Shown piece after piece: positions 10,957-21,606 of a DNA stretch of 64,000 bases. Below the pieces are notes generated by a model that searched no databases, was not told the DNA's origin, and saw only the letters and a list, made by a program, of their open reading frames with translations. Origin of the DNA: Dimorphilus gyrociliatus (lineage: Eukaryota > Animalia > Annelida); contig CAJFCJ010000005.1 of the NCBI GenBank assembly GCA_904063045.1, positions 2,406,002-2,470,001 on the forward strand, given 5' to 3'. Each line of letters begins with the position of its first letter. The first letter of the stretch is position 1. Both the position numbers and the translations under genes were made by a program.

Positions 10957-12503
10957 CTATTCAGGTTGTTGTTTGTCAATAGAGAATTGAACGTATTCAT
11001 TTTCCCACCAACTTTTCTTGAATTTTCTCAATAATAGGCATGTAACATAGAATATGCTACAGAAAAAGTAAGATCCGCATCCAAGGTAGAATAGCGAATG
11101 AAAAGAATGAGTTAAATCGAAGAGGGCACCTGTAAAGAAACAAAAGGAAGAGACAGGTTAATGTGGAACGTATGTTTTAGGGGAAAAAGACAAAACCTGC
11201 AAGAGTTGGTCCGATAAAGGAACCAATGCCCATAGATATTCTGAAAATCGAGAATGTTTCCGACAGATGTCTTCCATCGTGAAGTTCTATTGATGCTGAT
11301 ATTTGGGCTGCCATTATTGGACCATCAAATAGACCAAGAGCTATTAAATTACAACCATTAGTTTGTTTATATCGTGCTAGTTGTATAGCTTACCAATAAT
11401 GTAAATGAGAACAGTCGGAAAATTATATGTGAATATAGCAAAGCAGTTTGTCAATGACAACAGTAAACTGGCGACTGTGTACGAAAAGATTAAATGTCCT
11501 TTAAGGTTATCTCCAAAGAGGGAAAAAATTAAACGACTAAGTCCCTCGCAAATACCCATAACAGACATTCCAATACTAGCTTTTTCCGGTGAAACTCCCA
11601 AGCTTGTCATGTAGTGAACCTATTCAAGTTATTAACAATACTATTCATAAAGCGACAAAAAACTATGCTTTATAACAAACCAGAAACATAATGGAACCTG
11701 AGTATCCAACACTGCGAAGGCATGTTGCAAAAAACCAACACATTCCGACAATTATTCTTGTCTTTTTTTTTAATTGCCCTTCTTCAGCCGGTCGAATAAG
11801 AGGAATTGTTTCGTCTCTCTCACCCGCCTTATCTTCCAACTGGTCAGGATCCACAACCCCCAGAGAGAACGGAAAGCAAAGAAGGAATAGAATTAAACCG
11901 TGTATACCGAATGTCTTCTGCCACCCGAAATTACGAATAAGAATTTCTAATACTGGATTTAGAATAAAAGTACCCAAAGGATATCCGCAAGTTAATAAAC
12001 TATTAATAAGTACGTGTCTTGGATGGCTAAATGGATAAAAGCGATTAACTGTAAAATATAATGGATTGATCATTAAACAGCTAGCCGGACCAAACAGAAT
12101 TCCGAAAAATACCAAAACAGACCAAAAATTCGCATAAACCCCAGTTAAAGCAAGAACTAATGGTCCAAAAAAGGATCCTAACATTAGGCATTTTCTAGTT
12201 CCTACTTTGTCAGCAACAAAATTGGCAAATGGAGCGCATATATAAACCAGAGCTAGGGCACCAGACGCAATTAACCCTACAAATTGAATAGTTTTTGAAT
12301 GATTAGAATTATATTAACTATAGATTTTGAACAAATAAATAAAAAGAATCACCTAAATAGGCTTCTTGGTTAGAAATGCTTCCTTTTAAAGGTGCAATAT
12401 ATTCACCAAAAGTAAAGAATGATCCGCAACTTGCCGAATAAATAACAATACAAAAGAAACAGACAAAAGGTCCACGGAAACTCCTAGTGTTCCATTTTTT
12501 CAT
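10957..12503 (-). CDS. MFS transporter, SLC16/monocarboxylate-transporter-like, multi-exon
   Basis: Spliced reading MKKWNTRSFRGPFVCFFCIV...FTFGEY / GLIASGA...APFANFVADKVGTRK...LIRNFGWQKTFGIHG / ...GIGSFIGPTLAG / ALFDLTHSFHSLFYLG...QPE*; MFS motif-A-like loop and hydrophobic helices. Confidence 0.85.
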
Positions 12504-12604
12504 AAAGCTATTAAAGAAACCCATCTCCGTCGTTTGTAAGTTACTTTTTAAGAGTTTGAAAGTTTCTTCAAAAAGGCTTTTTTTGATTTAGGAGTGTTCA
12601 CCAT
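12504..12604 (-). pseudogene. Decayed copy of RPL36A exon 1
   Basis: ATG GTG AAC ACT CCT AAA TCA AAA AAA GCC TTT (MVNTPKSKKAF, versus [11 protein letters not shown]), then TAA after 18 codons. Confidence 0.8.
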
Positions 12605-12864
12605 GGCTTCAATGAACAGAGTGAGAAAACCAAACAATTCTTTAAGACATAATACCAACTTATATGTAGCTTATGGACTTGTGCAATAACTGATTGGCTG
12701 AGTCATACAAAGTGGAGACTATCTATTGGACAAGGATTGCTTTGCTTTATATATAGAATAGTAATTACTCAGACGTTAAAATTTTGGAGACGTTTAGGTG
12801 AAGATAATGAACAATTGCTACATGTGAATATCTATGACATCTTAATAGACCTATTCCTTTACGA

Positions 12865-12935
12865 GCATTGGTGGTGTAGCGGTAGCATTGGTGCCTTCCA
12901 AGCACTAGACCCGGGTTCAACTCCCGGCCAATGCA
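12865..12935 (+). tRNA. trnG: tRNA-Gly(TCC) copy 2
   Basis: Identical 71-nt sequence to copy 1. Confidence 0.95.
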
Positions 12936-13244
12936 TTGTGACATTTTTGTCTTTTTCCTAAATAAATAGAAGATTGCAGTAGCAATTATTTGATTGTTGA
13001 AAGTATCGTATCAAAGGTTTTGGGATTGTTTAGGAATGAATGAAAAAACTCTTCATCGGAAGGAGGTTAATGAATTCTTTGACTTTGGTTTTCTATTGTT
13101 CTATTGTTAAAAACGGGGAAATTACAATAGTCTTTGTACTTCTTGCGAAATAGTTTCCTGAAAGTTCAAACTATTCGAAAGATACTATTTTCCCAAAATA
13201 TTACAGTAAAAGAGAAAAACTGCATTTTATTAATAACGATACAA

Positions 13245-14438
13245 TTAAAAGTTACATTCAATTGGAAAGTGTTTAAATTTAATTGTAAACTCATCTGTTT
13301 GATTAATTAGGCAAAATATAATTTCTGTTTTTGTTATTCTATAATCCAAAAGCTTCTCAGCCGGAAATAGCTTATCTTTATCAAGAGAGATACCATTCTG
13401 ATTGTTGGCTCCAACGAAGACAATATTTTTTGAATTGCAGAATAATATTTTACCTTTTTTAAGATTTTCAATAACATCGTAATAGATTGAATAGCTCTCC
13501 TTTTCGGATTTACTAACATTTTGAGTTGCAAATTCATCATCTTTAAAAACGAATAGTGAACTTCCGGAAAATTGATATAAAATGTTTCCTTGCAATCTAT
13601 TAGAAAGATTTGATATTTCTCTATCATATTTCCAAGCGTTAACAATATTACTAGTTTCTTTAGAAAATACCAACAGTTTATTCATATCGTTTATTATTAT
13701 ATCGTCTTTTAGAACTGCAAAACCGGCTTCATTCGGATTGACGGCATTTCTTGGTAAAACATACTTAGTTTTCCCATAATTATCTTTTGATAACAATTGA
13801 ATAACATAATGATTTTCAGTAAATTGCAGATACGAGAGTCCATTATCATACGTTGTTGATATATCATAAATCTTATTCTCCGTCCAAATGATAATTTCCT
13901 GAGTTTCAAGATTCACAATCTTATTCTTATTTTGTATATTATAGAAGCCGTGTCTATTTGAAATAACTTTACCAGGTTTTTCATTCAATTCAATTGAATG
14001 ATTTTCAATTGGTTTCTCAAAGAAAGGTGTATTTAACTTTCCAATTTCAAAATGATCTAATATTTCCGATCTATCAAAGATTTTCTTCTTCCTCATTAAA
14101 TTCTCCGAAGAGTACTTTAGTTTCTTGATAATAAGAGATAATTCTGATTGTAGGAATGGTATATTAGATTTTTTTTTAGCTTCGTACAAACGTTTGATGT
14201 CGGAGAGAGCATGACAAAGATTTCTCTTCTTTTCTTCATTAAACGATAAAATCTCATTTTTAAGACTAATTTGTTTTGCTTTTACCTCATTTATTAATGT
14301 TATAATTTCATTATTTACTTTATTAATTTCAATTTCAGCCTCTTTATCAATATCATTAATATTTTGTCGGATTTCTTCAGTTAATTCCAGAAATTCTTGT
14401 TCCAATACACCATTTTCTTCGTTTAGATTACCTGCCAT
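13245..14438 (-). CDS. RING-less coiled-coil + beta-propeller-like protein (member 5)
   Basis: 397-aa ORF; DISTTYDNGLSYL; SIYYDVIENLKKGKILF...DKDKLFPAEKLLDYRITKTEIIFCL. Confidence 0.75.
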   Translation of the reverse strand: MAGNLNEENGVLEQEFLELTEEIRQNINDIDKEAEIEINKVNNEIITLINEVKAKQISLKNEILSFNEEKKRNLCHALSDIKRLYEAKKKSNIPFLQSELSLIIKKLKYSSENLMRKKKIFDRSEILDHFEIGKLNTPFFEKPIENHSIELNEKPGKVISNRHGFYNIQNKNKIVNLETQEIIIWTENKIYDISTTYDNGLSYLQFTENHYVIQLLSKDNYGKTKYVLPRNAVNPNEAGFAVLKDDIIINDMNKLLVFSKETSNIVNAWKYDREISNLSNRLQGNILYQFSGSSLFVFKDDEFATQNVSKSEKESYSIYYDVIENLKKGKILFCNSKNIVFVGANNQNGISLDKDKLFPAEKLLDYRITKTEIIFCLINQTDEFTIKFKHFPIECNF

Positions 14439-14827
14439 TGTACATTTGTTAAATCTCTGTTATTCTATGAAAAAGAAAAATCAAATAAATAAATTATTGA
14501 AGGTCAAAGTCAATGTTTTTTCGAATCTTATCAGATTATATTTTCTTATTTGTGACCTAGCTGGAAGACGTCTGGAAATGATAATACTTTTATTAACTAT
14601 ATATATACAGTATATATAATTCTTTCAAACATTTTTATAGAATAATCACGGAGTTGTAAAGTTATTTTAAAGTTTCGTAGTTCATTGAAAAAAATAACTT
14701 GGAAGCGCCATCTGGTGTGTGAGGAGTTGGATTTTTCATTAACATTTATTTTTTGAGGGGATTTCATAACAATGTCATCAGAAAATGTATTCTTTATATT
14801 GCGAGAGGAATTAAAGAATAAATATGA

Positions 14828-14900
14828 AGCAGAATAGCACAGGAGGTAGTGCGCTAGGCTCATAACCTAGAGGTCCAAGGTTCGATTCCTTGTTCTGCTT
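14828..14900 (+). tRNA. trnM: tRNA-Met(CAT), initiator-like acceptor stem with atypical T-loop
   Basis: AGCAGAA/TTCTGCT acceptor stem, GCAC/GTGC D-stem, CTAGG-CTCATAA-CCTAG anticodon arm, CAAGG-TTCGATT-CCTTG T-arm. Confidence 0.9.
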
Positions 14901-15390
14901 TAATGTTTTTACTTATCATTACTACCTATTTATTAAACATCAATTATCGGCTTAGATTCTTTCAATTTTGTCTTGAAAAACAGCTTTTTTCCTTTTAAAT
15001 TCCTTAATTTGTAATTAAACTTATTCAATTCAACAGTTTTCTAATCTTCCATCTTTGTACCACTTTCTTCTCATAAATGAATCACAATCGAAATTTATAC
15101 GATGATTTCTCTTCAATTAATGAAAGATTTGTTGTTCATGATTGAAAAATACTATCAAGTCATTAACTGTTGAGCATCTTCAATAAAGAACTAATTACTA
15201 ATTGTTTCTGTCTATACAAGTTGAGCTGTGTTTATTATTTTGTGTTAGGGTATTCTAACGAATTACACTATAAGCCTATTAGATAATATTATATTAAAGA
15301 GACAAAAGTATCTGTCTAATAATTTACTTAAACTGATAGAAAAGGGTAAATTATTAAGGTAAAAGCAGTAAAAGCTCACTTGGGAAAAAG

Positions 15391-16773
15391 GTGAAGGACA
15401 ACAATAAAAAAGAGGAAGAAGAGAGTTACCTTCTCTTGTTATTTTACCATATATTACGTTTGTTTGCTTTCATAAAGCGCACAGAATATATGTATCGCTT
15501 CACTACTCAACGTAGCTTCAGACGATTAATCGAAATAGAAGATATTTTATTGGGAACTATGGACGAAACAACGGCTGATATGCAAGAATTTGAAATTCAA
15601 AAATCATATATTGATAATACCAAAGAAATGGCTGAAGAAATTATTAACAAACTTAAGAAAATCGACGAAGAAAAGGAGAATGAAACGAGTAAGCTAAATT
15701 ATGAAATTACTAAATTAGTAGTTTCTATCCGTAATCAACAATCTTCAGTTCAAGATCAACTTAATAACTTCTATGAAAAGAAGAGAACGATGCTATACGA
15801 AATTTATGAGAATATAAGAAAACTTGATAAATTAGCTGAAGGAGATTCGGAGGAAAATAATACCAATAATTTTTTAACGATAATGAGTAGAGTCAATACA
15901 TTAACTGATAGTTTTAAGAGAAAAGAAGAAGCGTATTTAAAGACTGCCGAATTTTTTGATGGTTCTACCATTGGAAGATTATTTTTTACTACTCCAGATG
16001 TTCCGGTTCATGAATATTCTATTGTGGTTGAAGAAAAGCCAATAAAGGTTATATCAAACTCTGAAAGTTTCTTTACTATACAAGGTAAAAATCGTATTAT
16101 TAATCTAAGGAATCAAGTAGTACTGGGTCAAGTTGCTGATACGATTGATGATATAGCAATAACTTCGGATGGTAGATTATCCTTTATTATAGTTTATAAT
16201 TGGGAAGAGAGCGCCGTTAATATCCTACCTAAAGGAACTCATAAACCAGAAGCGTATAAACTAGAAAATGCATTTCTTAGATCAGGAAATTGTAAATTTA
16301 CAATTCTGAATGATAAAATAGTCGTTGGAGATGGAAATTTGACATCCATTTTCTCGACAGAGAGTAGAAAAAGAGAAAAAGTTTGGAGGTTATGGTCGTC
16401 CAGTCAACATTATAAAATTAAGGATAATACATTATATCAGCTATCCGATAATACTTGGGTATCTTATACAGATAATCAATTAGGAGAATTTCGCCAAGTT
16501 CACGATTATTCGGACACAACTACTCCGATACTTAAAGTTCTTATAAGAAAATTAGTAGCGGGAAATATACTGTTTTGCCTAAATGACTATATAACATTAA
16601 TTGATCCAGACAAGAAGAATGCTATCTCTATAAAAATGCAATTAATATTTCCCGATAAAACGTTATTGGACTATCAAATAAAGAACGACGAAGTAATTCT
16701 CTGTCTTCATTGTAATATTGATCCATGTAAAATTTCCTTTATGCATTTTCCCTACAAATTCATCTTGAATTAA
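15391..16773 (+). CDS. RING-less coiled-coil + beta-propeller-like protein (member 6)
   Basis: ORF track 460 aa; true start probably ATG 15559 (MDETTADM). DIAITSDGRLSFI; PILKVLIRKLVAG...IFPDKTLLDYQIKNDEVILCL. Confidence 0.75.
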   Translation: MKDNNKKEEEESYLLLLFYHILRLFAFIKRTEYMYRFTTQRSFRRLIEIEDILLGTMDETTADMQEFEIQKSYIDNTKEMAEEIINKLKKIDEEKENETSKLNYEITKLVVSIRNQQSSVQDQLNNFYEKKRTMLYEIYENIRKLDKLAEGDSEENNTNNFLTIMSRVNTLTDSFKRKEEAYLKTAEFFDGSTIGRLFFTTPDVPVHEYSIVVEEKPIKVISNSESFFTIQGKNRIINLRNQVVLGQVADTIDDIAITSDGRLSFIIVYNWEESAVNILPKGTHKPEAYKLENAFLRSGNCKFTILNDKIVVGDGNLTSIFSTESRKREKVWRLWSSSQHYKIKDNTLYQLSDNTWVSYTDNQLGEFRQVHDYSDTTTPILKVLIRKLVAGNILFCLNDYITLIDPDKKNAISIKMQLIFPDKTLLDYQIKNDEVILCLHCNIDPCKISFMHFPYKFILN

Positions 16774-17206
16774 CTCTCCCTGTGAAGTTAGTATTTATCC
16801 CTTTTACAGCGTTTCTCCTCCTCCTTTATGTTGCAGGACTTTCTTTCGTTTATATTTGTTTATTATTAATCATTCATTTAATACAGAACTTTTAATAATA
16901 ATATTTTAAAAAATATACTGCAATAGCAAGTTTAAAGTTCGAATTGAGATAGATTATCTACGCAAATCATTATTCTCCACCTACTTACGCGCTTACCTCT
17001 TTTTCTAATACTTTTTTGCAGACAATCTTAAAATTATTGCGCAAACGAATATAATCACTGCATTAGTTCTTTTAATGAATCTTTCTAAGAAAAATAATTT
17101 TTATATTATAGAAATAATGATATTTATTAATCAATTTCCCATGACCTTTGAACTTTTAATCAATTTTTTTCCTTTACAAAAATACTTTTCCAACTTACTT
17201 CATCAA

Positions 17207-17277
17207 GCATTGGTGGTGTAGCGGTAGCATTGGTGCCTTCCAAGCACTAGACCCGGGTTCAACTCCCGGCCAATGCA
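17207..17277 (+). tRNA. trnG: tRNA-Gly(TCC) copy 3
   Basis: Identical to copy 1. Confidence 0.95.
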
Positions 17278-17529
17278 TTGTGAATTTTTTTATGCGTTTT
17301 GCTGAAAATTCTCACCGATTTAAAATTGGATCCATCGTCTCTAACTGAACAATGAATGATGAGATCGTTATGCCTACTAGCTAGAGAGTCAATTCAAAAT
17401 CTCTTATAATCTTTAAATAATCTAAATGAAATGCGCTAACCTTCTTTCCAAAACATTCTAGAACAAGTTAAACAGGAAAAAAGTATGTCTTTTTGAACAG
17501 TTAGGTAAAATGCAAAAGAAAAAGTCACA

Positions 17530-17600
17530 TGCATTGGCCGGGAGTTGAACCCGGGTCTAGTGCTTGGAAGGCACCAATGCTACCGCTACACCACCAATGC
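17530..17600 (-). tRNA. trnG: tRNA-Gly(TCC) copy 4
   Basis: Exact reverse complement of copy 1. Confidence 0.95.
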
Positions 17601-17900
17601 TATATGATGAAGAAATGTTATTTATTGAAATGGCATCAAAGCTTAATTAAAATGTAATTAGTAAGGATGTAATTAGTCATTGCTAATTTATAGACTATAA
17701 GCCATTCTTATATCTTCTATCCAGAATCATTGAAAGTTTGCATCTATTTTACTCTTCATATTGTTATATAGAATGACAAAATAAAAGCAATAAAAGCTAA
17801 CAGTGTAATAATAGAGTATACTGCATTAGAGATAATATAACTTGTAAACTTGAGGATAATTCAACTTTTATCCTATCCACTTCTGACTTCGTTTCCATTG

Positions 17901-18968
17901 TTAAGGTTGATCAATTTCGTAAGAGCAGATGCTCATTTCTTTGCCAATTTCTGCAAACGCTTTTATATAGACGGCTTGACAGTAGTTAAAACCACAAGTA
18001 CATGTATATGTACAATCTGTCCCACTATATTCAGTTTTCAGTTTGCAGCCTCTAAATTGCCCAGAAAATATCGCATCAGTTTGATCATCGAGGGGTATAA
18101 AGGTTGTTAAGCCCGTTAGGGGAGACTGTTCCGAAAAATGAAAACATTTAGACATATCTAATCCTCTTATTCTTATTTCAAACTCTGTGGTAGGTTTACC
18201 CAATGAAGGCCATGGTATTCGTAAATAGAATTCATTCTCAGCCGTTACTTTTACGCATGTATCAGCTAAATTGTCAGTTAGATTCGTGAGACGTTGACTC
18301 TTCTGATTTAGAGAGTTATGGAAAATTGGACCAATGAGACAAGTTGTTTGATAAGGCTTAGATCTAAATTTATCGCTGAAAACATTGCATAATTTCTTTC
18401 CCAAGAAACAAGAGTAATTATCTTTTTCGTGGGAAAGAGTAATATGAGTGCAACTTGAGGTTGCTTTACAGTTTGCGAGACAAGAAGTAAGGGGATCGCT
18501 CCTGTATGTAAGAAGTCTTTTAACTCCAGGTTCATCGTAGCAGTGGGCTTGAAAACAAGTTAATTCCGGATGAGCTTTCCTATTATATTGCATCTCTGAT
18601 TTACTTTCAACAACAGTTGTTGTAACAACCTGAGATTTAATAGTACAAAACAAATCATCGACTACGTAAGAAAAGCTTGCACATGCTGGAATTTTTAAAC
18701 ATTCTTTAGCGCATTTAATGGCTGTTGAACTGCTGAATGTATTTAATATAACATTGTTACTTGTCTCTTTCCCATTCATCGTATTGAATCCACGAATGAA
18801 ATTTTTCGAATAACTACAAATTCCAGAATTCCACATGCAACCATAAGCGATACACAAAGTTTCGTCTATCGACGATCCTCCACACTTAAACTTTACGGAT
18901 GGAATTACAGATTGGACTCTAAAATTGAATAGTATAGAGTAGCTGATTAGAAATATATTCCAGTACAT
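17901..18968 (-). CDS. Secreted protein: trefoil-like, two PAN/Apple-like domains, Cys-rich C-terminal domain
   Basis: Signal peptide; CGGSSIDETLCIAYGCMWNSGIC; CAKECLKIPACASFSY..C; CLANCKATSSCTHIT..C; single exon, 355 aa. Confidence 0.65.
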   Translation of the reverse strand: MYWNIFLISYSILFNFRVQSVIPSVKFKCGGSSIDETLCIAYGCMWNSGICSYSKNFIRGFNTMNGKETSNNVILNTFSSSTAIKCAKECLKIPACASFSYVVDDLFCTIKSQVVTTTVVESKSEMQYNRKAHPELTCFQAHCYDEPGVKRLLTYRSDPLTSCLANCKATSSCTHITLSHEKDNYSCFLGKKLCNVFSDKFRSKPYQTTCLIGPIFHNSLNQKSQRLTNLTDNLADTCVKVTAENEFYLRIPWPSLGKPTTEFEIRIRGLDMSKCFHFSEQSPLTGLTTFIPLDDQTDAIFSGQFRGCKLKTEYSGTDCTYTCTCGFNYCQAVYIKAFAEIGKEMSICSYEIDQP

Positions 18969-19171
18969 TATTCTTTACTTTATCCTTAGCTTAGCTATAT
19001 TTATATTCAATTTAAGTAATTAATATTCATTAATATTATCAGAAATGTTAATTATGTATGAAAATAAAGAGGCGTTTATGAGAGGGGGAGGGGGCGTTTA
19101 AAGTGAAAAGGCTCAATTATAGGTTTCCTTTGTTGTTCATGTTTCAAATTTTAATGGCTGTTATTCATGAA

Positions 19172-19242
19172 GCATTGGTGGTGTAGCGGTAGCATTGGTG
19201 CCTTCCAAGCACTAGACCCGGGTTCAACTCCCGGCCAATGCA
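19172..19242 (+). tRNA. trnG: tRNA-Gly(TCC) copy 5
   Basis: Identical to copy 1; long T-run terminator. Confidence 0.95.
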
Positions 19243-19610
19243 TATGTTTTTTTTTTCCATGTATCAAATGTTAAACCAAAAAATGTTGGAAAAGTTTGTG
19301 TTTTGGGTGGATAACCCTATTTATTACATTTTAAAAAGGAAGCCATATCCACAGCCTTCGCTCTTTCGTTTATGAAATATTAATGCTAAGTTTGCTTTAT
19401 CTACAATACGAAACTAATAGTTAGCTTAGTAATACATAAAGGCTTATCTTATCATCTCTAACATTCCACTTAAAAACTTTACTATTTAAGCTGTAAAATC
19501 ATAAAGTTTTCAGCGGTTATTCTTTATTTAATCAGCATTAACGTAAGGTTTAAAGTTGATTTTGAAAAAAAAGAATCTTATTCTCTTTTACAAATTGTTC
19601 ATAAAAACTC

Positions 19611-20009
19611 ATGGATTGTCCATTTTGCTTTCGTACTATTACGACTAAACAAACTTCTTCATTTGGTTTTAGATTAGGAGATTACATCTGTTCAAAATGT
19701 ATAAAGGAGAAAAAATTGAATAAAAAGTATTCAATTGAGAATAATACTCACAAGTTTTCTTTCAAAACTCGTCGTATAACACCAAATAAAGAAGATGTTG
19801 TTAATGTTAAACACAATTCAAAGTTAGAATTGAATTTTAACAGTGAAAATCAATGTTCAGACATTCAATTAGAAGAGACAAAAAACGGCGAAGAAGAGTT
19901 TAATAGAATAATTAAATCTTGTCAAGAAATAAATAATTTACAACGCGAAATAAATGAAAAGAGAGAGGATTTGTTAAACGATATCGAAAGGTTAGAAAGA
20001 AGGCCGTAG
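19611..20009 (+). pseudogene. Truncated family derivative: half-RING + short coiled coil (member 7)
   Basis: MDCPFC...ICSKC retains only two CxxC pairs (no LPC..H, no CPxC), then a coiled coil, then a stop at 132 aa. Confidence 0.5.
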
Positions 20010-20565
20010 TTGTTTAAAATTGGACTATTAAATGAAAAGAAAAATTATACAACACTTCTAAAAGGGTCAAATCTTAAAGAACATGTTTATTTCAATTAAT
20101 AAAAGACGCTTTTTTGTTAAATATTATGAATAATTAAAGAAATAAATATTAAAAAAAAGATTCATACTTTCTTATTACTTGAACCATTAAAAAATATTTA
20201 AAAGGATTGAAACTGTAAAAAGATAGCCTATTATGCTGTTTTTTGTTGTTGTATGTATATTATCTATTTTTATCTAGACGTATAATTAAAGTTATAAATA
20301 TATAGATAATATAACAATAATATACTATACTTCAAAATGTAAATCATGATTAATTGAAATTGAGGAAGAAAAAAGCTTTTATTGGTCTCTACGACACCTC
20401 TGAGCACACCTGTTAGTGTTCTCAAGCGTTGACAAGACGACAGACAGACAGACAGATAGACAGAGAGAAGAAATTATTATCAATAACCTACATACAGAGA
20501 TATACATACACTTCATATACTGTATATATTATAATTCAATACAGTAATAACTATCAGTGTGCTGT

Positions 20566-21606
20566 TTACTCTTTCACCGACTTAGCTATTTGCTCACTGT
20601 GATTTGTTGTATGTCTGGTATTATAATTGCTATTCTTATAGCCAAACAATTTAAACATTTCTTTAATAAAAGTTTTTCCAGATAGGCAATAGAATACAAA
20701 ATTAACCACGTGATTAAAGCTATTAAATGAGATAAGAATTTCAGATATAAAGTATTGCGGTTGAGGTATACCGCGACTTGTATCTACTGTTCGAAAGTAT
20801 ATTGTTAACAAAGAAAGTGGTACAGTAAAGATAATGAACGCTGAAGATACTAAAATTGTTGTCATGGTTAATCTCTTTGCGGAATCTCTTAATTTCGTGC
20901 TCTTGTCTTTCATACTATCTTCTGTGGAGGTTATATGACTTTTCAAGCTTCTTATCATGAGTACATTTAATATTACTAGTAAGGTTGATGGAATTAGCGA
21001 ATAAACCACAATATAGTTTGTTAAAATGTGAGTTCTAAAGATATCAAAGATTTTGGTGTAGGATGACGAACATATGATAAGATTTTTCGATAGTCTTATT
21101 CCTTTATCGTAGATGACGAGAGGTAGAAAGAACAAGATGCAAGAGTATAAATACAAACACGCAACAACTTTATTACACCTTCCAACAGTAGACCATACTT
21201 TTGCTTTCGTTGGCCAACTAACGCAAATATATCGATCAAAGGTTACCGCCACAAGACACATGGATGAAATTTGATTTGCGCTTAGTCCAAGAAAATACGT
21301 AATTTTGCAGTTAAACCACATATAAGTTTCCGGTGACATCTTTTCAATCAAGAAAAAGCTTATACCTCTTATCGAATAGCTAAAGTTGACAAGAAAGTCA
21401 GCCAATGAGACAAATGCCATATAGCGAAATAGAGTTGTATTTTTTAAATTACTCTTGAATATTGTTATAATTGATATTAAATTGAATGGTATTCCAAATA
21501 CAACGCCAATTGGGAATGATATATATGGAAATATTTTTGGTGTAAGCCAATCCAATTTGGACATTTCACTCCCAAAAAAGTTAGTACTATTCATTGTTTT
21601 CTTCAC
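20566..21606 (-). CDS. Class A (rhodopsin-like) peptide GPCR, single exon
   Basis: Seven hydrophobic segments; GIPFN, LADF, FDRYICV, IFTVP, NHVVNFVFYCLSGKTF. Confidence 0.9.
   Translation of the reverse strand: MKKTMNSTNFFGSEMSKLDWLTPKIFPYISFPIGVVFGIPFNLISIITIFKSNLKNTTLFRYMAFVSLADFLVNFSYSIRGISFFLIEKMSPETYMWFNCKITYFLGLSANQISSMCLVAVTFDRYICVSWPTKAKVWSTVGRCNKVVACLYLYSCILFFLPLVIYDKGIRLSKNLIICSSSYTKIFDIFRTHILTNYIVVYSLIPSTLLVILNVLMIRSLKSHITSTEDSMKDKSTKLRDSAKRLTMTTILVSSAFIIFTVPLSLLTIYFRTVDTSRGIPQPQYFISEILISFNSFNHVVNFVFYCLSGKTFIKEMFKLFGYKNSNYNTRHTTNHSEQIAKSVKE

Larger units (their letters stand above)
12504..12995. repeat. Segmental duplicate unit B
   Basis: Partner of unit A at 8544-9060. Confidence 0.8.

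Noticed and set aside
12737-12961. ORFs overlapping tRNA genes (12737-12961, 14597-14863, 50758-51045)
   Set aside because: Incidental frames across tRNA genes; no coding motifs.
8924-19242. Repeated identical 71-nt units as a CRISPR-like array or SINE family
   Set aside because: They are canonical tRNA-Gly cloverleaves with Pol III terminators, kilobase spacing, no cas genes, no SINE tails, and a eukaryotic context.
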